DNA from: a virus
Taxonomy: Duplodnaviria; Caudoviricetes
IMG/VR virus record: IMGVR_UViG_3300032227_000555
Coordinates: 1-30,744 of that record
Length of the DNA: 30,744 nt
Reading direction: 5' to 3' (one strand)
Position 1 is the first letter of the stretch. Each line of letters begins with the position of its first letter. The notes beneath the pieces are model-generated. The model was not told the origin of the DNA and ran no database searches. It saw only the letters and a program-made list of their open reading frames with translations. The position numbers were made by a program, and so were the translations under genes. Shown in pieces: positions 24,397 to 30,744 of the stretch.

Positions 24397-27333
24397 TTAA
24401 CTTGGGATTAATCCTCCATTTAATGATCCACCTAAAATAATTCCATTTGAAATATCTGTTGAAGATACGGTTACGGTAATTTGTGCTTGCACTCCTAATC
24501 CAGTTTGACTATTAGAAACAACTTGAAAACCATTATATTCAACACGGGGATTAGAACAACTTTGTCCGCTTTCTCCAGCTACCATTGTTATAACAAGTAC
24601 ATCACCTGCAATTACTGAAAAAGTTCCACTTTTACTTGAACTTAATAAAACATTAACCACAGAATTTGAATTTTTAGTAACACTAAATACACCTGTACCA
24701 CATGGACCACTTAAACCTGTAATACCATACCAATTTAAAATTACAGATGGCGGAATCGTGGTTGTCGATGTTGTGGTAGTTGATGCGGTTGTAGTTGTGG
24801 TGGTTGTTGGCGCAATGGTTGTAGTTGTAGTGGTTGTCGGTGATGCCGTTGTAGTTGTAGTCGTTGGCGCAATGGTTGTAGTCGTTGTATTAGTTATTAA
24901 ATTTTTAAGCCTTACAACAGTTGTATAATTTCCATAAGTATCAATATCAAATTCTTGATTGTCATTTAATTGCAATCTAATTCTAAAAGTTTCTTTCGTA
25001 TAACCATTATTAAATGGATTAATCATAAGTACTAATGCTTCTGTTCCATCTGCACTCATTTTGTAAGCTGACAATGGTGCTTGTCTATTATAAAGCATTA
25101 CTGGATAATTGGAATTATTTGCATCTGTATCCGATGTCCAATTACCATTAAAATATACTTGTGATCTTACCCAATTAGTATTGGCTGCAATAATATCTTT
25201 ATTTTGTTCTACTTGCCAATAACCTATATAAAGCCAATCATAAGTTCCATTATCTATCTCACTATTATTACCATAAATGTAAAATTCGGGTGTATATTCT
25301 TGTGGATATACATTAAATTCACCCCCATAAGTGTTAGGATTATCCCACATATACAGACCATCCATATAAGCAAATGCCCAAACTGCTAATGATTGTAAAA
25401 AAGATGGTGAATGAGTCGGCCTATAAATAACTTCTTGACCATTATATACTCCTTTTCTTTCAAATCCAAATTCAGAACTGTCAGGTAATGGCTCAAAAAA
25501 TCTCCAATTATATGCCTGTACTCTCTTTGATGAATAATCTTTTGAATTTTCAGTACCTATTTGAGCAATTATTTTTTTAGCAATGTCATAAGAATGAACT
25601 GCATTATAGAAATACCATTTAACAATTAAGTTATTACAATAATTAGTACAGAAAAATAAGCCAAATCCTTCAATTGCTCCTTCATATAAAGCATTATATG
25701 AACCCATTGATGTTCTTCCTATTGAACCATTAATATAATAGTTATGATAATCAGAATATAAAGAAGATGTTTTTGCTTGTGCTATTGATAAACTTGGATC
25801 TACATTATTCCAACCTCCATATAATCCAGCTTGATAAATTCCCTCTGCATAAATACTAAATTTTGGAATGACACCACCTAAACTTGCCCAATTATTAGCA
25901 ATTGAATATGCTTTACAATTTGCCCACAAAGCACTATATGCTCTACCTACATTTATGCGACTTCTTCCTGGTCCTACAACTTGCTCAGCATCATGTTGAA
26001 TGTATGCTGAATGAATACTATTCCAATTATTATATGGATTGTTACCAGTAGGATTAAAAAAATTTAAATAATTTCTTGCTGGTGATATATCAATATAACC
26101 TGTCCCTTCATATGGTACTGTGGTCCATTTATAAGGATTTATTTGGTCATACGTTTTTTGAATAATACCATTATTGAAAGACCAATTGGCTCTATCATTA
26201 GTATTTGTAATTAGTAATGATTCAAGTAAAGCACAGCACCATGAAGCATCTGTGGGTGAATCTGTAATATAATTAGAATCAGATGTAGCCCCATTAGATT
26301 TTATAAATGCAGTTGGACTTCTAATATAAGCATCAGCATCAATTGTATGTTTATTGGCATAAGCAACAACTTGAGAAATATTATTAGAATTAGATCCATT
26401 ACTTTCGTATGCCATTCGATAATTGGCATTTAATTGAGATACTTGACCATCTATTTTATTTTTAAAATATGATTCTGTCAATTTTGTTAATCCTTTATTT
26501 TGTCTTTTGGGATCTCTAAAAGTTCGTGATGAAACACCTTGAACTCCTGAATCCTTTATGACCATATCTAATAATGGATTAGTCAATGTCATAAACTCTT
26601 TTGCATAACCATTTTTATCTTTTATTGGCAAAGCATCAGGCATTCTTCTAAAAAATGATGGATATTCATTTGATGATGTGGGGATCAAATAATCAGGTCT
26701 AAAAAAATAGTTTACTTTACCTATGGTTGTAACTCGATTAAAATCTGCTGCAATATGAATAAATGCAGTCATTAATCTACCATATGGAAAACCCGGTACT
26801 CTTAAAGTTGGATTCCATTCGCCAGTTCTAACAACTAAATCAAATCCTTTCATTGCTGATAAATTTATGTTAGTTATCGCAACATCACTAATTACTCCAC
26901 TATCTATTAACCATTTTTTTGGATAATTATAATCTCTTGTGTACCAAAAATTATCGGTAAGCAATAATGTAGATGCATTTAAAACTAAATTTGTTCCACC
27001 AATAAAATTTTCATTATTGCTATTGGAAATTTGTTCTCCCGTATTATAATTTATTATCGATTCATCGACAAAAGTAACATCGTTACTACTTAATAATAAT
27101 TCAGTTATTGTTCCAACAATTTTACCATCACTCCCAAGTGTTACATAATAGGATTTAAACTGCGTAGGTATAACGTAATTACCTGCGGAAGCCAAAATCG
27201 TTTTTGCCTCATTCGTGTAAAATATTGTTGTTGAATTTAATAGATTATTATTTGCGTACAATATTTGTGAATCCACATCAGTCAATGGATTAATCAATTT
27301 TGTGCGTGCATCACTTATGCTTGAAAATGCCAT
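24397..27333 (-). CDS. Large tail-associated/receptor-binding protein with C-terminal poly-Thr stalk
   Basis: 978 aa, aromatic/Asn-rich core, 50-aa Thr tract, small beta-rich tip domain. Confidence 0.6.
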   Translation of the reverse strand: MAFSSISDARTKLINPLTDVDSQILYANNNLLNSTTIFYTNEAKTILASAGNYVIPTQFKSYYVTLGSDGKIVGTITELLLSSNDVTFVDESIINYNTGEQISNSNNENFIGGTNLVLNASTLLLTDNFWYTRDYNYPKKWLIDSGVISDVAITNINLSAMKGFDLVVRTGEWNPTLRVPGFPYGRLMTAFIHIAADFNRVTTIGKVNYFFRPDYLIPTSSNEYPSFFRRMPDALPIKDKNGYAKEFMTLTNPLLDMVIKDSGVQGVSSRTFRDPKRQNKGLTKLTESYFKNKIDGQVSQLNANYRMAYESNGSNSNNISQVVAYANKHTIDADAYIRSPTAFIKSNGATSDSNYITDSPTDASWCCALLESLLITNTNDRANWSFNNGIIQKTYDQINPYKWTTVPYEGTGYIDISPARNYLNFFNPTGNNPYNNWNSIHSAYIQHDAEQVVGPGRSRINVGRAYSALWANCKAYSIANNWASLGGVIPKFSIYAEGIYQAGLYGGWNNVDPSLSIAQAKTSSLYSDYHNYYINGSIGRTSMGSYNALYEGAIEGFGLFFCTNYCNNLIVKWYFYNAVHSYDIAKKIIAQIGTENSKDYSSKRVQAYNWRFFEPLPDSSEFGFERKGVYNGQEVIYRPTHSPSFLQSLAVWAFAYMDGLYMWDNPNTYGGEFNVYPQEYTPEFYIYGNNSEIDNGTYDWLYIGYWQVEQNKDIIAANTNWVRSQVYFNGNWTSDTDANNSNYPVMLYNRQAPLSAYKMSADGTEALVLMINPFNNGYTKETFRIRLQLNDNQEFDIDTYGNYTTVVRLKNLITNTTTTTIAPTTTTTTASPTTTTTTTIAPTTTTTTTASTTTTSTTTIPPSVILNWYGITGLSGPCGTGVFSVTKNSNSVVNVLLSSSKSGTFSVIAGDVLVITMVAGESGQSCSNPRVEYNGFQVVSNSQTGLGVQAQITVTVSSTDISNGIILGGSLNGGLIPS
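24745..24894 (-). repeat. Mucin-like Thr tract (Tn-IAP units)
   Basis: TNTTTTTIAPTTTTTTASPTTTTTTTIAPTTTTTTTASTTTTSTTTIPPS. Confidence 0.95.
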
Positions 27334-27334
27334 A

Positions 27335-30010
27335 TTATTTTAGAGTATAAAAGATTGTAGATCCATTTGATGGTGGAGTCGTTGTAGTTGTAGTCGTTGT
27401 ACTTGTTGATGTAGTACTTGTAGGTGCAATAGTTGTAGTGGTTGTGGTTGTTGTTCCACATTGTCCAATCATTGTCATATAAGATGCACCCGTACCGCCT
27501 AATGTTTCGTATTGAGCACAAACAATAGCACCATTTCCTATATTAACTCTTGTAAATATAGTACCATCACAACTTGTGTAAGAAATTGTTCTATTTGAAC
27601 CTGACTGATTTTGATAACTTTCGCAAGGGAATGTAGGTCTTGGAGTACTTGTTGTCGTAGTTGTACAGAATGAAGCGTATAAAGTTGTTGCAATATCAGT
27701 ATAAGCATTACAATTATTACCATTATAAACCCTAATTACATAGTTTTTAGTGGCAGATTGGTTCATAAAATTAGTCTGATAAGCCATATAACCATTGATT
27801 ATATAATTATCAGGCATACTACAACCCGTATTTGGACAAGTAAACGTAGTACCTTCACATACTTTATACCTATCTCCATTAACAACATTGGTTAATGCGA
27901 TAACTCCATATTGATTTGTGTCACAATTTGGTTGAATTATTACAGATTCAAAGGTAGGATTAGGTATTGCAGTTGTCGTCGTAGTCGTTGTACTTGTAGT
28001 GGTTGTTGATGTTGTTGTAGTCGTTGTAGAATCTAATGAAATATTTCTAAAATCAGACATTAACTCAAAACTTGTTTCTCCAGTAGTTAATTCCGTTTGA
28101 TAAGAATTTATAATATACCTTTTATCTCTTATGATTAATTTGTCATTTAATGCAAGTTTAGATAATAATGAAATAGGCATAAATGCTTTTAATTTCAATA
28201 ATCTTGCTTTTTGATTAAATGTGTTTGAAAGGTAAGCCGAATAAAAATTAGAAAATAATGAATTAGGCTCAATTTTGTCAGTAAAGCTTGATTGCTCTGC
28301 TCCCCAATTTATAGTATTAACGACCGAAGACACTAATGTATCTTGTCCGAATAAATTATAAGTTGTAACAGTTGCACTATGTGTACCATCATTAAAATGA
28401 AAATGTTGGCCACCTGATAATGTTTGAATAACTCCATAATCGTATAAGATAACAGGCTTAGGAATATAAGCATTTGTATCAGCTTTAATTGAGTACCCTA
28501 CTTGAAAATTAGAATTTGTAAATTTACTAAATGGCATATTCTCAAATGGTAGTTCAATTGAATATTCATCCCCATCATTATCAACTTGGTATTTTAAATT
28601 CCCATAAGGTATATCGGATTGAGATAAAAAAGCAGTCGCCAATAAATTTTCACATTCCTCATATTTAAAATTAATTGTCTTGTAAGGTTTTACTCTTTCC
28701 AAATCTATATCATCAGTTTGACAATATTTAGTAATGTCATAATTTTTACCTTCTGAATACCAATCTTCTAACTGCTGAATTTTATAATTAATTCCATCAT
28801 TAGAATAACAAGTAAGATTAAACATTTTTAATAATCCACTAAAAAAATCTTCTGCTTTAAGTTCAGGCATATAATCAGCCACATTTAAAGTAGTTGTTAT
28901 TGTTTGTGGTGTGCTTTGAGTTGCAGTAACTTCAATAACTGGTATTGATCCATTATTAATTTCAAAATGATATTCAGATGTAAATACTATTGGTGTTAAT
29001 GATGATACATAAAATGTATAAATTCCTGAATCTACAAAAGGAACATTTAAACGTAATGGTGTTCCTGTTGCATTAGTTGTATTTGTTTGTTCATTTAATT
29101 TAACTCCATTTTTATAAACAAAAAAATCAAATGAAATACCACCACCACTTGTAAAATTAAAATCTATGTACGAAAAATTTACAAAATTAGGTGCAATAGG
29201 TTGAGTAAAATTTAATGAATTAGCTCCAACATTAAAAATACCAGTTGTACTTGATTGAAAATCTATTTGATTTGCAGTTCCTTTTTGTATAAATTTATCA
29301 GTATTTTTTAACCAAAGAAAAGCATTTGTAAACTTGGGATTAGATAAAAATGAACCTTCTAATGTGATTCCTAGTTGGTTTGCAATAGATTCTAATATCT
29401 TACTTATTCTTATAGCTGGGAATAAATCATTATAATAAATTGGGTGTGATTGTTTTTGTATGTCCCAATTACTTTGGCTAGATCCATTAGTATTATATTG
29501 CCAAACATTTAATGAAGAAATCAAAGGAAATTTAACATTATTAGTAACGCCACTTATAATTCTTGCTTTTACTTCTGCACCTGAATAGTTAAAATTATAA
29601 GCCGAATAATCAAAATCCCTTAAAAATCTATTATTAAATTTATCCTTTAATGTTATTAGAGATCCAAAGAAAGTTAATGTATAATTATCAATATTACCTT
29701 TTTTATAACTTGCTTTTTCTAATTGAATCTTCCCTTTCCTAAATGTTAATGTGTCAAGTTCAATGTAAGCATCTTTTCTTTTGGTTGCATTAAATCCATT
29801 ATCTAAACTATTTTCATACCAATGTTTAAATATTATGTTGTTGTTCTTCGTTGCTGGAACCGTAAACGATTGGGTGAAATCCGTAAAGACTTTTGATATA
29901 TCATTAATGTTTTGGATTGAACTATTGATTGATATGTTTTCATCCTCAAATAATTCAAGTCTTTTTGCAAAACCATCATCGCCATAAACATAAATGCTTA
30001 CATTAATCAT
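27335..30010 (-). CDS. Tail tip/hub protein with Thr-rich, Cys-rich C-terminal extension
   Basis: LELFEDENISI...FTQSFTVPATKNN N-terminus typical of tail hubs; three Thr tracts follow ...FELMSDF. Confidence 0.7.
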   Translation of the reverse strand: MINVSIYVYGDDGFAKRLELFEDENISINSSIQNINDISKVFTDFTQSFTVPATKNNNIIFKHWYENSLDNGFNATKRKDAYIELDTLTFRKGKIQLEKASYKKGNIDNYTLTFFGSLITLKDKFNNRFLRDFDYSAYNFNYSGAEVKARIISGVTNNVKFPLISSLNVWQYNTNGSSQSNWDIQKQSHPIYYNDLFPAIRISKILESIANQLGITLEGSFLSNPKFTNAFLWLKNTDKFIQKGTANQIDFQSSTTGIFNVGANSLNFTQPIAPNFVNFSYIDFNFTSGGGISFDFFVYKNGVKLNEQTNTTNATGTPLRLNVPFVDSGIYTFYVSSLTPIVFTSEYHFEINNGSIPVIEVTATQSTPQTITTTLNVADYMPELKAEDFFSGLLKMFNLTCYSNDGINYKIQQLEDWYSEGKNYDITKYCQTDDIDLERVKPYKTINFKYEECENLLATAFLSQSDIPYGNLKYQVDNDGDEYSIELPFENMPFSKFTNSNFQVGYSIKADTNAYIPKPVILYDYGVIQTLSGGQHFHFNDGTHSATVTTYNLFGQDTLVSSVVNTINWGAEQSSFTDKIEPNSLFSNFYSAYLSNTFNQKARLLKLKAFMPISLLSKLALNDKLIIRDKRYIINSYQTELTTGETSFELMSDFRNISLDSTTTTTTSTTTTSTTTTTTTAIPNPTFESVIIQPNCDTNQYGVIALTNVVNGDRYKVCEGTTFTCPNTGCSMPDNYIINGYMAYQTNFMNQSATKNYVIRVYNGNNCNAYTDIATTLYASFCTTTTTSTPRPTFPCESYQNQSGSNRTISYTSCDGTIFTRVNIGNGAIVCAQYETLGGTGASYMTMIGQCGTTTTTTTTIAPTSTTSTSTTTTTTTTPPSNGSTIFYTLK
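27368..28030 (-). repeat. Three poly-Thr/Ser tracts separated by Cys-rich domains
   Basis: Tracts at about 27971-28030, 27644-27664 and 27368-27454. Confidence 0.9.
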
Positions 30011-30744
30011 ATTACATTATTTAATAAATTGTAAGCATATTCAAAATCAATGGTATAATTGATATTCTTATCTTTTAATGTAGTTTTTAAATCCGTTTGA
30101 TTTGTTTTTAATGTTACTGGCTTGTTATCTAATAATACAACTTCACTTAACATTAAATCTTGAATTAAATCTGAATAATTCTGTGGCACAAAACCTGTGT
30201 TTAAAGTTATCGTTTGTCTTGCATTGTAATTAAATGCTTTTGTTTGTCCTTGATAAACATTGTAATTAAAATTACTTGGAAGCAAATTATACATTGTACT
30301 TGTAACCGTTAATTGATTGCTCTGTGCTTTAAAGAATGTTAAAAACTGCCATCCACCAAATCTATTAATAAATGAGCAAACAACAGGTGTATATTTAGGC
30401 TCACAAATTGGAATAATATTAAATATTGTTGAATATGTTAATATATTATTTACATAATACTTTAATGTCGCTATTGTTCCATCATTATAGTTTGAACTTG
30501 ATGTGGTTAATGGTACTTTATACAAGTAATTTTTAGCTGATAATGTGATTGGTGCTACTGATGTTGTAAGTACAAAGTTACCACGAATATCCTTGTATTC
30601 AATGTCTAATCTTTCATTTGTATCCTTATTAATTAATACGTTTACATAAGGAATTTTACCCAATGTGTATTGTATTTCCTTTGTATTATCGCCTAATATA
30701 CAAAAATTATTGATTGGATTTGTTTGATTTATTCCACCTGTATA
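30007..30744 (-). CDS. 3' part of the junction-spanning tail protein (starts at 537)
   Basis: CEPKYTP..CSFINRFGGW..., LNTGFV..., YTIDFEYA; in frame through the overlap. Confidence 0.8.
   Translation of the reverse strand, partial: YTGGINQTNPINNFCILGDNTKEIQYTLGKIPYVNVLINKDTNERLDIEYKDIRGNFVLTTSVAPITLSAKNYLYKVPLTTSSSNYNDGTIATLKYYVNNILTYSTIFNIIPICEPKYTPVVCSFINRFGGWQFLTFFKAQSNQLTVTSTMYNLLPSNFNYNVYQGQTKAFNYNARQTITLNTGFVPQNYSDLIQDLMLSEVVLLDNKPVTLKTNQTDLKTTLKDKNINYTIDFEYAYNLLNNVI
30622..30744. repeat. Terminal direct repeat, copy 2
   Basis: Identical to 1..123. Confidence 0.97.

Noticed and set aside
27215-27365. Similar STIFYT/TTIFYT peptides at the end of the hub and the start of the next protein, suggesting a split gene
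   Set aside because: Match is only 5-6 residues; clean stop and ATG, no slippery site
27315-27723. Alternative-frame ORFs 27315..27521 and 27538..27723
   Set aside because: Asn/Tyr/Gln-rich by-products of ACN repeats inside the tail hub gene
24745-28030. Thr-tract DNA repeats as a CRISPR array or DGR template/variable repeat
   Set aside because: No repeat-spacer structure, no reverse transcriptase, no adenine-specific variant pair
971-29987. All plus-strand ORFs in the track
   Set aside because: Short antisense shadows of well-supported minus-strand genes with no recognisable motifs
1-30744. Alternative genetic code or tRNA genes
   Set aside because: Standard-code ORFs tile the genome densely; no intergenic cloverleaf was seen

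Overview
The window is a complete, circularly permuted genome (30,621 bp unique, with a 123-bp end overlap) of an AT-rich tailed dsDNA phage, probably a siphovirus. A Bacteroidota host is inferred from TAnnTTTG promoters and A-rich starts without Shine-Dalgarno sequences. All credible genes are on the minus strand. In transcription order: early small genes, ERF recombinase, SSB-like protein, replication initiator with an internal iteron origin, VRR-NUC, DUF3310, ECF-like sigma factor, terminase, tail chaperones with a -1 frameshift, tail genes, two glycosyltransferase-like genes, tape measure, protease/scaffold/capsid, major tail, portal, adaptor, fibre, lysis genes and a metallophosphoesterase. 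No integrase, repressor, DNA polymerase, tRNA or CRISPR array was recognised. The most striking candidate system is virion O-glycosylation: two tail proteins carry mucin-like poly-Thr tracts and are followed directly by two putative glycosyltransferases. Other notable signals are an 18-aa motif shared by three structural proteins, a scaffold-mimicking N-terminus on a candidate head cargo protein, a kissing-loop attenuator before the initiator, and a four-copy late promoter motif. All functional calls are from motif recognition by eye; no database searches were run.
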